Assembly (NCBI GenBank): GCA_041645165.1
Contig: JBAZQN010000005.1
Span: 19,832-83,831 of the forward strand
Origin: Patescibacteria group bacterium
GTDB taxonomy: Bacteria > Patescibacteriota > Patescibacteriia > 2-02-FULL-49-11
Length of the DNA: 64,000 bases
Reading direction: 5' to 3'
The stretch's first letter is position 1; each line of letters opens with the position of its first letter. The position numbers and the translations under genes were made by a program. The notes beneath the pieces were generated by a model. The model saw only the letters and a program-made list of their open reading frames with translations, searched no databases and was not told the origin of the DNA. This document shows, piece after piece, positions 28,863 to 39,110 of the stretch.

Positions 28863-29141
28863 ATGGTGATTAAAAGGAAACAGTTATATTTCATATTAAT
28901 CGTCTTACCTGTTTTAGATGTAATTTATTGGTATGGGGATTTTCAGAATATCGAATTTATTACTGATTTATCAATTTTTTGGTTCCTCACTGCGTTCATA
29001 GGTTTTGCTTTTTCGTACTATCTATTATATAAGACGGACATCAAACATAAGGCGATTTTAAACATCGTGATTACCATCGGTTTGGTAATCAATTTCAGTC
29101 TCATTTCCCTCTGGTACATGTTTAAAGATTTTGGGTTTTAA
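28863..29141 (+). CDS. Small membrane protein, paralog 3 (C-terminal ...WYMFKDFGF)
   Basis: Shares FIGFAFSYYLLYKTDIKHKA(V/I)LNIVITIG with paralog 1. Confidence 0.5.
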   Translation: MVIKRKQLYFILIVLPVLDVIYWYGDFQNIEFITDLSIFWFLTAFIGFAFSYYLLYKTDIKHKAILNIVITIGLVINFSLISLWYMFKDFGF

Positions 29142-29172
29142 TGGGTAGTGCATTTATTTAAATAAAAATCAT

Positions 29173-30915
29173 ATGGGAGTTTTTCTTTTTATCTGTGGAA
29201 TGATTGTGTTGATCGTACTGCTCGACTTACGTAGACGGGTAAGGAAGCTGGAGGCGCTGACTCGGCAGTGGGGTGCATCGCCTATTGCCTCACAGCCGCC
29301 GACTGCGGTTACAACGCAGGTAAGTCCTATGTCACCGACCACCGGTGCGCCTAGCCCTGCAGTGCGGCCGGCGCTGTCCGCAGAACCGTCTTCTGATTTG
29401 CTGCACAAATTTGCGGTTTGGCTCAAAGACGACTGGCTGCTAAAACTGGGCGCGTTCCTTATTCTCATCGGTTTCGGATGGCTCGTGACGTACGCATTCC
29501 TCCATGATTGGATAGGGCCGATGGGACGCATCACTCTCGGCATGGTTGCAGGGACCCTGATTCTTATGTTTGGCTGGTGGCGCATCCGTACATTTCTCCA
29601 CCAAGGCAGTGTGTTTCTGGTGCTGGGATCCACGACGATATTGGTCACCCTCTTTGCCGCGCGCGAGGTCTACGATTTTTTCACACCCTTCACCGTCCTT
29701 GCGGTCATGTTTTTAAGCACTGCATTCGTGGCAATGGCTAGCGTGCGGTTCCGCACACCCGCGCTTTCGCTCTTAAGCCTTGCGCTCGCCGGCGTCGCGC
29801 CTCTCCTTACCCGCATGCCGAAGCCGGACTATCCCGCGCTTTTCCTCTATCTCCTCGTGGTCGTGCTGGGAGCGCTCTGGATTGTGGTACTCACCCGTCG
29901 GCGCGAGCTCACGACAGCGGCACTCGTCCTTATCACTTTTTATAGCATGCCGCACTTTCTCGCGTCAGCGTCCTTGCCTGATCAGGACGTGCTGTTGATT
30001 TTTGCATACGCCTTTGCCGCCGTATTTTTCATTGCCAATACGCTCGGCGTTCTCAAGTCGCAGGAGCAGGGCATCGAGGTCGACCTAGTGACTGCCGCGG
30101 GCAGCGGCATGCTCCTGCTTGCTTGGATTGTGCATGCCGCGCAGGACGAGTGGAAGAGCCTTATCATTGCCGCGTGGATGATCGTGTATACTGTGGGGGC
30201 ATTCGCCATATTCAGGATTACCCGGCGGCGACAGCCGATGTATGTCTATGCGTGCGTGGCGATTGTTATGCTTGCCGCCGCGACTGCGGTAGAGCTCGAG
30301 GGCGCTGCGCTGATGATTACCTATACGGTAGAGTGCAGTATTATTTCATTGCTCGCCTACCTAATTCTCCGCGATCTTTCCATTGCGGAGCGTTTAAGCT
30401 GCCTCCTCATTGGACCTGCTCTTTTCTCCTACAAGAACATTTTTTCGCGCGCGTGGAAGACCGGCGTGATCCATGAGGATTTTTTTGTGCTTCTTGTGCT
30501 CGCCATGGCGCTTTCGTTCCTCGGCAGTTTTTTCTGGTTGAAGGGGCGAGAAAGAGGCGCAGGCCATATTTCGGATTATAATCTTATTCTGCTCGTGGCA
30601 GGATCCGCCTACGCCTACCTTCTCATGTGGCGTTCCTTCCATGCCGTGCTCGCTGATGGAGATGTGGCCTCGATGATTGCGCTGGTTGGCTATACGATTA
30701 TCGGCTTGTCCGTTTATATTTACGGGCGCACGCATGAGGTGAAGATACCGCGCATCTACGGCGCCGTGCTATTGGGAATCGTGGTGGGTAGATTGCTCAT
30801 CGTAGAGGTATGGAGCATGGAGCTAACGGGAAGGATCATCACCTTCTTTCTCGTGGGCGCCTTGCTCGTTAGCACCGCGTTTTTAGGGAGAAAGAAAGCT
30901 TCTCCTACCACTTAA
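29173..30915 (+). CDS. Large polytopic membrane protein (possibly DUF2339-like)
   Basis: 580 aa: N-terminal TM plus RRRVRKLEALTRQ helix, a Pro/Ser-rich linker, then 12 or more TM segments. The DUF assignment is from memory of family architecture and neighbourhood, not verified. Confidence 0.45.
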   Translation: MGVFLFICGMIVLIVLLDLRRRVRKLEALTRQWGASPIASQPPTAVTTQVSPMSPTTGAPSPAVRPALSAEPSSDLLHKFAVWLKDDWLLKLGAFLILIGFGWLVTYAFLHDWIGPMGRITLGMVAGTLILMFGWWRIRTFLHQGSVFLVLGSTTILVTLFAAREVYDFFTPFTVLAVMFLSTAFVAMASVRFRTPALSLLSLALAGVAPLLTRMPKPDYPALFLYLLVVVLGALWIVVLTRRRELTTAALVLITFYSMPHFLASASLPDQDVLLIFAYAFAAVFFIANTLGVLKSQEQGIEVDLVTAAGSGMLLLAWIVHAAQDEWKSLIIAAWMIVYTVGAFAIFRITRRRQPMYVYACVAIVMLAAATAVELEGAALMITYTVECSIISLLAYLILRDLSIAERLSCLLIGPALFSYKNIFSRAWKTGVIHEDFFVLLVLAMALSFLGSFFWLKGRERGAGHISDYNLILLVAGSAYAYLLMWRSFHAVLADGDVASMIALVGYTIIGLSVYIYGRTHEVKIPRIYGAVLLGIVVGRLLIVEVWSMELTGRIITFFLVGALLVSTAFLGRKKASPTT

Positions 30916-30920
30916 CCACT

Positions 30921-32099
30921 ATGCGTATGCGTAAATTTTTAAATGTCACCATTTTCCTTATAAGCCTCTGTGCCGTCGGCGTATCTGCGCAACAGGCTTC
31001 CAACCGTGCGCGCACGGAGCTCATGAACGCGTATCGCCAATATAAGGAGGTCAATAATCTCGTGTTGTCTGTGCCCACGGTCGTGGAAGTGTCATTTGCT
31101 GATCAGTACCTTGAACGCGATAATTTTGCGGTGCTTGACCAATTCGCCGGCTCATATGAGCCCTCCTACGTCAGGCAGGAGACGATTGTTGCCGAAAATT
31201 CCTTCAGCATTGCCACGGATAAAATCATTGGAGGAGCATCGCGCATGATTGACGGAGATACGCGGACCTATGCGGAATTCGCACTACCCGAGAATGCACA
31301 GGGAAGCGCGCGGATAATGCTCAAATCCTCGCAGCCGGTGGTTTCATCGGGTCTTACTCTTTTTCTTGACGATCATGTGGCTTTGCCGACTTCAGTAGGA
31401 ATTCGTGCGGTCGTGAATGGCAGCGAGCGTATTGTGGTGGCGGAGCGCAGCATCAATCAGCCTACCATTGGGTTCCCGCGTACGGAGGCGCGGGACTGGA
31501 TCGTCACATTTACCTTTGCGCAGCCTCTGCGTATCACGGAACTGCGTCTCATACCGGAAAATGCCGCTTCCACGAAAATATATAACCTGCGTTTTCTCGC
31601 GCAGCCTCAGCGTACATATCGTATCTACTTCGATCCCGACAGAAACGTGAATGTTCCCGTCGGCGAGACCGGAAATCTCGCGCTAAATAAGGACGTGCTT
31701 GTACTCCCCCTGTTGAGCGCGAATGCGAACCCTCTTTATCGTGCGGCAGACGTTGATGCCGATGGTGTTATTGATACGCAGGACAATTGCGTTGAGATAA
31801 GCAATCGGGACCAGCGCGACATCAACCATAACGGAAGGGGAGATGTATGTGATGACTACGACCGTGATGGGCTGATCAACAGCAAAGATAATTGTCCGGA
31901 AAACGCCAACCGCAGCCAAGCAGATACTGACGGTGATGGGAAAGGAGATGCGTGCGATGCCGAAGAGAGCAGGATTACGGAACGAAATCCATGGCTGCCA
32001 TGGGCAGGGATTGTATTTGCGGCGCTTGTGGTGGCGGTCCTTCTATTCATAACGGTGCGCATGCCGACAGACGACAAGAAACCTCTTCAGAGAAAGTAG
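30921..32099 (+). CDS. Secreted/anchored protein with thrombospondin type-3 Ca-binding repeats (possibly DUF3999-like partner)
   Basis: Signal peptide; DVDADGVIDTQDNCVEISNRDQRDINHNGRGDVCDDYDRDGLINSKDNCPENANRSQADTDGDGKGDACD matches TSP3 repeats; C-terminal TM anchor. Confidence 0.6.
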   Translation: MRMRKFLNVTIFLISLCAVGVSAQQASNRARTELMNAYRQYKEVNNLVLSVPTVVEVSFADQYLERDNFAVLDQFAGSYEPSYVRQETIVAENSFSIATDKIIGGASRMIDGDTRTYAEFALPENAQGSARIMLKSSQPVVSSGLTLFLDDHVALPTSVGIRAVVNGSERIVVAERSINQPTIGFPRTEARDWIVTFTFAQPLRITELRLIPENAASTKIYNLRFLAQPQRTYRIYFDPDRNVNVPVGETGNLALNKDVLVLPLLSANANPLYRAADVDADGVIDTQDNCVEISNRDQRDINHNGRGDVCDDYDRDGLINSKDNCPENANRSQADTDGDGKGDACDAEESRITERNPWLPWAGIVFAALVVAVLLFITVRMPTDDKKPLQRK

Positions 32100-32205
32100 T
32101 ACAGGAATTTAACAGGTGGTGCGATTCTCGAAACGGCTATTTATCTCATGAATAGCCTTTTTGGTTTGGCGTGGCGCGTGCGGGAGCCCCATGTCCATGT
32201 GGCAA

Positions 32206-32240
32206 AAATGCTGTAAATTTGCCACCTTTTTGCTTGATAC
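32206..32240 (+). terminator. Rho-independent terminator (GUGGCAAAU..AUUUGCCAC + CUUUUU) within the 85-bp duplicated module
   Basis: Hairpin plus T-run read directly. A second copy lies at about 32955-32990. Confidence 0.55.
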
Positions 32241-32356
32241 CAGCTGCCTTTTGTGGGATCATGAAGGCAAATGAAAAATATAACATGAGCTAAAATGAGA
32301 ATCTCCCATAGATCCACCAGTTGGCGGAGCAAGTATAATCTTCTATAGTTTATGAT

Positions 32357-32851
32357 ATGGTGTTAAAGGAAAATAATTTTGCCTACATTGACGCGGCAAA
32401 CCTTCACAAAGGAGTTGCGAGCTTGGGCTGGCAGCTTGATTACGCAAAATTCAGGAGATGGCTATTCGAGAAATATGGCGTGCGCGCCGCGTACTTGTTT
32501 ATCGGTTTAATAGCAAAATATAAAGAGCTTTATAAATCTCTGCAAGAGGCGGGGTTTACGCTGGTGTTCAAAGAAGTGGTATATGACGGAGAAGGCAAGC
32601 CCAAAGGGAATTGCGACGCTGATTTAGTATTGCAGGCGACGCGTGACGCCTTTGAAAATAAATTTGATACGGCAGTTATTGTCGCAAGCGATGGCGATTA
32701 TGCGGGACTGGTTAAATTCTTGCAGGAGAAACACAAGCTGTCAGTCATACTGTCTCCCAGCAATGAGAAAAAATGCTCGATTCTTCTTAAACGGACTGGA
32801 GCAAAAATTGCCTATATTAACGATCAGCGCTCCCATTTAGAATTGGCTTAA
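32357..32851 (+). CDS. NYN-domain (LabA-like) protein
   Basis: FAYIDAANLH..GNCDADLVLQA..VASDGDY. It is bracketed by about 85-bp direct repeats at 32193-32278 and 32948-33037. Confidence 0.7.
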   Translation: MVLKENNFAYIDAANLHKGVASLGWQLDYAKFRRWLFEKYGVRAAYLFIGLIAKYKELYKSLQEAGFTLVFKEVVYDGEGKPKGNCDADLVLQATRDAFENKFDTAVIVASDGDYAGLVKFLQEKHKLSVILSPSNEKKCSILLKRTGAKIAYINDQRSHLELA

Positions 32852-33056
32852 AAAGAAAAAGCCCCCGATAGGGACGGCACCCCATAAGGGTCTTTTTCGT
32901 GGTGATGGTTGCAGTATAGCAGGCGTTTACTGAAAGTCAATAGTCCATAAGAGCCCTCTCGCCCATGTGGCCCATTTGCTGCAAATGTGCCACCTTTTTA
33001 CTTGTTACTAGTTGGTTTTTATGGGATCATGAAGGTATGAAAATTAAGGCTTAATT

Positions 33057-35561
33057 ATGCAAAAGGAAGCTAATGCACGATTAAAAATAAACGCCTTACT
33101 CCAAGAGTCCGGCTGGAGATTTTTTGATGATAAAAAAGGCAAAGCCAATATTGTCTTGGAAAATAACGCCAAAATCACAAAACAAGCCATAGATGAATTT
33201 GGCAACGATTTTGAAAAAACTAACAAAGGTTTTATTGATTTTTTACTGCTCGATGAAAAGGGTTTTCCGTTTGTCGTTTTAGAAGCAAAATCGGAAGACA
33301 AAGACCCTCTCGACGGCAAAGAACAGGCGCGCCGTTATGCCCAATCACAAAACGCCCGCTTTATTATTCTTTCAAACGGCAACCTTCATTATTTATGGGA
33401 TGTAGAGCGCGGCAACCCGACAGTTATCATCACTTTCCCGACTTATGAATCCTTGAAGCATTTTGAATCTTTCAAGCCAAGTTTTGCCGCTCTTTCAGAG
33501 GAAAAAGTTGAAAGCGATTATATTGTCCAAACTCAAAATCCAAATTATCAAAAAGACCCGCGCTGGATTGATGAAACTCAAAGGCCGGATTTTATCAAAG
33601 ATCAGGATTTAAAATTTTTACGGCCTTATCAGCTTTCCGCAATTTACTCCTTGCAGAGTTCGGCGAAAAAAGGCAATGATCGCTATCTTTTTGAAATGGC
33701 AACCGGCACAGGCAAAACTCTTATTGCGGGCGGAATAATCAAGCTGTTTTTGAAAAGCGGAAACGCCAAAAGAATTTTGTTTTTAGTTGATCGCTTGGAA
33801 TTGGAAGATCAAGCGTGGAAAAATTTTGTTCGTTTTCTCAAAAGCGATTTTACCTGCGTAATTTACAAAGAAAACAAAGACGACTGGAGAAAAGCGGAAA
33901 TTATCGTTTCCACAGTTCAAAGTTTGTCATTCAACAATAAATACAAAGAGCTTTTTTCACCGACAGATTTTGATTTGTTAATATCTGATGAAGCGCACCG
34001 TTCAATCGGCGGAAATAGCCGGGCAGTTTTTGAGTATTTTGTCGGGTATAAATTAGGGCTTACCGCCACGCCGAAAGATTATCTCAAAAATATTGACCCG
34101 CAAAAAGTCAGCGAGAAAGACCCGCGCGCTTGGGAACGCCGTCAGCTTTTGGATACTTACACGACTTTTGGCTGTCCTTCCGGCGAGCCGACTTTCCGAT
34201 ACAGCTTGCTTGACGGCGTAAAAGACGGCTATCTTGTTAATCCGATTGTCGCCGACGCGAGGACAGAAATCACCACCGAACTTTTATCAGAAAAAGGTTA
34301 TTCCTTAATGGTAGAAAACGAGGAAGGAATTGAGGAAGAACAAACCTTTTTCCAAAAAGATTTTGAGCGGAAATTTTTCTCCGATAAAACAAATCAGATT
34401 TTTTGCAAAACATTTTTAGAAAATGCGATCAAAGACCCGATTAGCGGGGAAATTGGAAAGAGTATTATTTTCTGCGTGAGTCAAAATCACGCTTCAAAAA
34501 TAACGCAAACTTTAAATCAATTTGCTACGGCTCTTTGGCCCGACAAATATAATTCCGACTTTGCCGTGCAGGTTACTTCCAATATTCCCGACTCTCAACA
34601 ATTTCCTATCAATTACGCAAACAATTATCTAAACGGACAAACAAAATGGCTGGCGGGCTATAAATCAAGCAAGACAAGAGTTTGCGTAACCGTCGGCATG
34701 ATGACAACTGGCTACGATTGCCAAGATGTGATGAATCTTTGCCTTATGCGACCAATTTTTTCTCCGACTGATTTTATTCAAATCAAAGGACGCGGAACGA
34801 GAAAATATACTTTCAGCTACAAAGACGCAGACAATGAGCTGATAAAAATAGAAAAAGACACTTTCAAACTTTTTGATTTCTTCGCTAACTGCGAATATTT
34901 TGAGGAAAAATACAATTACGATCAAGTTTTGAAGCTCCCGATTAAAACCGGAACGGGAACAGGCGGCGGCGAGGGCGTAGATATTGATGAAGTAAATATT
35001 TTTAATCCCGACCCGCTCAAAACTTTTTCAGAAATTGCAGTCGGCCTTGCCGGTATGAAAGTTGACTGGAAGTTTTTTGATAAATTTGAATCGGTTGTAA
35101 AAAATGATCCGGTTGTTAAACAAAAATACGAGCAGGGCGATGTCAAAGGAGCGGAAGAATATGTTAAAACCGAAATTTTTGAAAAACCGGAAGATTATTT
35201 CAATTTGGATAAATTGCGAAAATCCGTCAAAGCAGATCGTCGCATTACGCTCAAAGAATTTATTGAAAAAATCTTTGGTGGTATAAACAAATTCAAATCA
35301 AAAGACGAATTGCTTGAAGATGAATTTGAAAAGTTTGTTTCTATCCACAAACCCGAAAATGATAATCTTTTACAAATTAAAAATTTTCTAAAATGTTATG
35401 TTGCAGATCAGGAATTTAGAACAATTATTGACAATAATCAAATCCAACGGTTATACACCTACCCAAGTTTTTCCGCTAATGAACTTAATGAATTGGGTAA
35501 GTATAAAAAGATTGTACCGGAATATGTCAAAGATTATGTTTCCTTAAATACTTTTATGTAA
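33057..35561 (+). CDS. hsdR: Type I restriction enzyme R subunit
   Basis: N-terminal PD-(D/E)xK nuclease (DFLLLDEKGFPFVVLEAKSED) and SF2 helicase motifs (ATGTGKT, DEAH: LLISDEAHRS). Confidence 0.85.
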   Translation: MQKEANARLKINALLQESGWRFFDDKKGKANIVLENNAKITKQAIDEFGNDFEKTNKGFIDFLLLDEKGFPFVVLEAKSEDKDPLDGKEQARRYAQSQNARFIILSNGNLHYLWDVERGNPTVIITFPTYESLKHFESFKPSFAALSEEKVESDYIVQTQNPNYQKDPRWIDETQRPDFIKDQDLKFLRPYQLSAIYSLQSSAKKGNDRYLFEMATGTGKTLIAGGIIKLFLKSGNAKRILFLVDRLELEDQAWKNFVRFLKSDFTCVIYKENKDDWRKAEIIVSTVQSLSFNNKYKELFSPTDFDLLISDEAHRSIGGNSRAVFEYFVGYKLGLTATPKDYLKNIDPQKVSEKDPRAWERRQLLDTYTTFGCPSGEPTFRYSLLDGVKDGYLVNPIVADARTEITTELLSEKGYSLMVENEEGIEEEQTFFQKDFERKFFSDKTNQIFCKTFLENAIKDPISGEIGKSIIFCVSQNHASKITQTLNQFATALWPDKYNSDFAVQVTSNIPDSQQFPINYANNYLNGQTKWLAGYKSSKTRVCVTVGMMTTGYDCQDVMNLCLMRPIFSPTDFIQIKGRGTRKYTFSYKDADNELIKIEKDTFKLFDFFANCEYFEEKYNYDQVLKLPIKTGTGTGGGEGVDIDEVNIFNPDPLKTFSEIAVGLAGMKVDWKFFDKFESVVKNDPVVKQKYEQGDVKGAEEYVKTEIFEKPEDYFNLDKLRKSVKADRRITLKEFIEKIFGGINKFKSKDELLEDEFEKFVSIHKPENDNLLQIKNFLKCYVADQEFRTIIDNNQIQRLYTYPSFSANELNELGKYKKIVPEYVKDYVSLNTFM

Positions 35562-35563
35562 TT

Positions 35564-36592
35564 ATGAAAAAATTACAACCTCAATCACAAATAATTATCT
35601 ATAAAGCAGAAACAGGCGAGACTAAAATCGATGTGCGTTTTGACGGTGAAACAGTGTGGTTAACGCAAAAACTTTTAGCTGAACTTTTTGGCGTTACTGT
35701 TCCTACTATCAATGAACATATTAAAAATGTTTACAAAGAAGGTGAATTAAAGGAAAGCTCAACTATTCGGAAATTCCTAATAGTTCAAAAAGAAGGCATT
35801 CGTGAAGTAGAAAGAGAGATTGATTTTTTTAATCTCGACATGATTATCTCTGTCGGTTACCGTATTAAAAGCTCTATCGCCACAGCTTTTCGTCAATGGG
35901 CAACTTTGCGACTACGCGAATATATTGTCAAGGGCTTTGTAATAGATGATGAACGATTAAAGAATCCCGATCTGCCATTTGATTATTTTGAAGAATTAAC
36001 TCGTCGTATCTCAGAAATACGCGCCTCAGAAAAGAGATTTTATAGAAAAATTACCGACATCTATGCCACCAGTGTTGACTATGACCCGACAGATGAGAAG
36101 AGTACCCTCTTTTTTAAAACAGTTCAAAACAAAGTTCATTATGCGATTACGGGAAGCACTGCGGCAGAGATAATCGCGAGCAGGGTGGATAGTAAAAAAA
36201 CAAATGTAGGCCTCACAAACTTCAGGGGCAGTAAGCCAACAAAAGAAGAAGTTTTGTTTGCCAAAAATTATTTGAGCGAGCAGGAACTTCTCGTTTTAAA
36301 TAATCTTGTCGAGCAATATCTCGTATTTGCCGAAGGACAGGCGATGCAGAGAGTGCCAATGTATATGAAGGACTGGATAGATAAACTCCACGGATTTTTA
36401 CAGATTAACAATAAAGATATTTTGAAAGATGCGGGCAAGGTCTCGCATGAGTTGGCAAAAGAGTTAGCTGAAAAAGAATATGATAAATATTACAAAAAAA
36501 GTTTAAAAGCGCCAAGCAAGGCGGACAGAGATTTTGAGGCATTCGCGAATAAAGCGATGAAACTTGTTAGCAAGGGTAAAAAGAAAAAATAA
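35564..36592 (+). CDS. rhuM: RhuM-family virulence/DNA-binding protein (typical Type I RM locus passenger)
   Basis: The N-terminal IIYKAETGETKIDVRFDGETVWLTQKLLAELFGVTVPTINEHIKNVYKEGEL pattern is characteristic of RhuM. Confidence 0.8.
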   Translation: MKKLQPQSQIIIYKAETGETKIDVRFDGETVWLTQKLLAELFGVTVPTINEHIKNVYKEGELKESSTIRKFLIVQKEGIREVEREIDFFNLDMIISVGYRIKSSIATAFRQWATLRLREYIVKGFVIDDERLKNPDLPFDYFEELTRRISEIRASEKRFYRKITDIYATSVDYDPTDEKSTLFFKTVQNKVHYAITGSTAAEIIASRVDSKKTNVGLTNFRGSKPTKEEVLFAKNYLSEQELLVLNNLVEQYLVFAEGQAMQRVPMYMKDWIDKLHGFLQINNKDILKDAGKVSHELAKELAEKEYDKYYKKSLKAPSKADRDFEAFANKAMKLVSKGKKKK

Positions 36593-36594
36593 TT

Positions 36595-39108
36595 ATGAAT
36601 TATCAAGAAATAAAACAAAAAATAAAAAATTGCCGCAACATTCTTGTTGGAATTGTTCCTAGTCCTGAAGCGCAAGTGCAACAAATCACTATTGCTTTGA
36701 TGTATAAATTTATGGATGATATGGATAAAGAAGCGCAGGAAAAACACGACGCCCCGCCAATGTTTTTTGCCGGCGAATTTGCTAAATATTCCTGGACTAA
36801 ACTTTTGTCGCCACAAGTAGGAAATCAAGAGAGATTAAATCTTTACGCGGAAGCGATTGAAAAAATGAATGAAAATAAAGACATTCCACAACTTTTTAGA
36901 GATATTTTCAAAGGAGCCTTTTTGCCATATCGCAGTCCCGAATCCCTTAGTTTATTTTTAAAAGAAATAAACGGTTTTACTTATGATAACAGTGAAAATT
37001 TAGGCAATGCCTTTGAACATTTGCTTTCAATTATGGGCAGTCAAGGCGACGCGGGGATGTTCAGAACCCCAAGACACATTATTGATTTTATTGTTGACGC
37101 GGTTGATCCGCAAAAAAATGAAAATATTTGCGATCCAGCTTGCGGATCTGCGGGTTTTCTTATTTCCGCCTACAAACACATAATAAACGCAAACACAAAA
37201 GAGAAAAAAGGCGATCTTTTATCGCCGGAAGAAAAGAAAAAACTTATTAAAAATTTTTCAGGTTATGATGTATCGCCGGATATGGTTCGTTTATCAAAAG
37301 TGAACATGTATTTTCATGGATTTCTTGACCCAACAATTTATGAATATGACACGCTTGGGCAAGAGGAAAAATGGGACGAAAGTTTTGATGTTATGCTTGC
37401 AAATCCGCCGTTTATGTCGCCAAAAGGCGGAATACGACCGCATAAAAGATTTTCCGTGCAAGCCAATCGCTCCGAAGTGCTTTTTGTGGATTATATTTTA
37501 GAGCATTTGCGTCCCAAAGGCCGCGCCGGCATTATCGTTCCGGAAGGAATTATTTTTCAATCCGCGACCGCTTATAAAGCGTTAAGAAAATTAATGATTG
37601 AAGACGGACTTTTGGCAGTTGTTTCGTTACCGGCTGGCGTTTTCAATCCATATGCCGGAGTAAAAACAAGCATTTTGTTTTTTGATAATGAAATTGCCAA
37701 GAAAACGAAAAATATTTTATTTCTGAAAATTCAAAATGACGGCTATGACCTTGGCGCGCAAAGACGAGAAATTGACAAAAACGATTTACCTTTGGCTTTG
37801 GAAATTATTAAGAAATACAAAGAGGTTCTTTCCTCCTGTCATTCCGTACTTGATACGGAATCTATAAAGAAAGAGCTGGATTCCCGTTTTCACGGGAATG
37901 ACAAATGGGGAGAAATCGCTCATCTTGTCGCCAAAGAAAAAATCGCCGAAACCGGCGACTACAATCTTTCGGGCGATAGATATAAAGAAAATAATAATTT
38001 TATAAACAGAAAATGGCCAATGGTTAGTTTAGATGAAGTTATTGATTTGAATTTTGGCGTAAGAATAACTAAAAAGAATAGCGAGGGGATAGAATACCCT
38101 GTTTATGGTGGCGGTGGTGAAAGTTTTAGAACCGATACATTTAATAGAGAGGACGAACTTATTATTTCTCGTTTTGCGATGGCAGAATGGTGTGTCCGCT
38201 TTGTAAAAGGAAAGTTTTATTTATTAGATTCAGGATTTACTTTTTCCGTGAAGCCAGAAAAGAAAAATGAAGTATTGAAAGATTATATTGATAGATATTT
38301 TCTTTCAACACAACAAAGGATTTATTCCTGCGCGCGAGGTCATGCCCAGAAAAATCTTGATGTAAAACAATTCAAGTCGCTTAAAATCCCGTTTCCTCCG
38401 ATTGAAGTCCAGAAAAAAATCGTTGAGCAGATTGAAGTTAAGCAAAACGCCATAGATCACGCCAAAGCAATCATCCAAAGTCTAGAGAGAGAGAGACGCT
38501 ATTTTGGTCAATCACTTAGAAAATTAAAAGGTGTTGAGTTGGTGAAATTGGAAAATATTTGTGATGATTTTAGAAATGGAGTTAATTTTTCCAAAGAGCA
38601 AGTAGGAAGAGGCACAAAACTTGTGAATATTAAAGACTTATTTAACGACGGATATGTTGATGTTGAAAATTTGGAACAAGTTGAATTAAAGGATAAAGAG
38701 GTGATAAAAAACACTCTCAAAGACGACGATTTATTATTTGTTCGTTCATCAGTCAAATACGAAGGTTGCGGCTACCCATCTCTTATTAGGGTAGGAAAGG
38801 AAAATATTGTTTTTTGTGGTTTCATTATCAAATGTTCGCCAAATAAAAAGAAGGTTTATCCGAAATATTTGCTGCATCTTTTAAGGTCTGAGGAATATCG
38901 GAATCAAGTTATCATTTTATCTAACCGAGCAAATATAACAAACATATCACAGGATAGAATAAAATCAGTAAAAATTATTTTGCCGTCAATTGAAACGCAA
39001 AAGCAGTTAGCAGATGAGGTAGAAAAAGAGCAAGAATTTATAAATATAAATAAGCAGTTGATTAAAATATACGAGCAAAAAATCGCTGATGTTTTAAGTG
39101 AAATATAG
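36595..39108 (+). CDS. Type I RM methyltransferase-specificity fusion (HsdM N-terminal ~470 aa + two-TRD HsdS C-terminal ~360 aa)
   Basis: N6-adenine MTase motifs (DPACGSAGFL, NPPF) followed by two target-recognition domains with HsdS-type conserved spacers (FPPIEVQKKIVEQIE.., LPSIETQKQLADEVEKE..). Confidence 0.8.
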   Translation: MNYQEIKQKIKNCRNILVGIVPSPEAQVQQITIALMYKFMDDMDKEAQEKHDAPPMFFAGEFAKYSWTKLLSPQVGNQERLNLYAEAIEKMNENKDIPQLFRDIFKGAFLPYRSPESLSLFLKEINGFTYDNSENLGNAFEHLLSIMGSQGDAGMFRTPRHIIDFIVDAVDPQKNENICDPACGSAGFLISAYKHIINANTKEKKGDLLSPEEKKKLIKNFSGYDVSPDMVRLSKVNMYFHGFLDPTIYEYDTLGQEEKWDESFDVMLANPPFMSPKGGIRPHKRFSVQANRSEVLFVDYILEHLRPKGRAGIIVPEGIIFQSATAYKALRKLMIEDGLLAVVSLPAGVFNPYAGVKTSILFFDNEIAKKTKNILFLKIQNDGYDLGAQRREIDKNDLPLALEIIKKYKEVLSSCHSVLDTESIKKELDSRFHGNDKWGEIAHLVAKEKIAETGDYNLSGDRYKENNNFINRKWPMVSLDEVIDLNFGVRITKKNSEGIEYPVYGGGGESFRTDTFNREDELIISRFAMAEWCVRFVKGKFYLLDSGFTFSVKPEKKNEVLKDYIDRYFLSTQQRIYSCARGHAQKNLDVKQFKSLKIPFPPIEVQKKIVEQIEVKQNAIDHAKAIIQSLERERRYFGQSLRKLKGVELVKLENICDDFRNGVNFSKEQVGRGTKLVNIKDLFNDGYVDVENLEQVELKDKEVIKNTLKDDDLLFVRSSVKYEGCGYPSLIRVGKENIVFCGFIIKCSPNKKKVYPKYLLHLLRSEEYRNQVIILSNRANITNISQDRIKSVKIILPSIETQKQLADEVEKEQEFININKQLIKIYEQKIADVLSEI

Positions 39109-39110
39109 TT

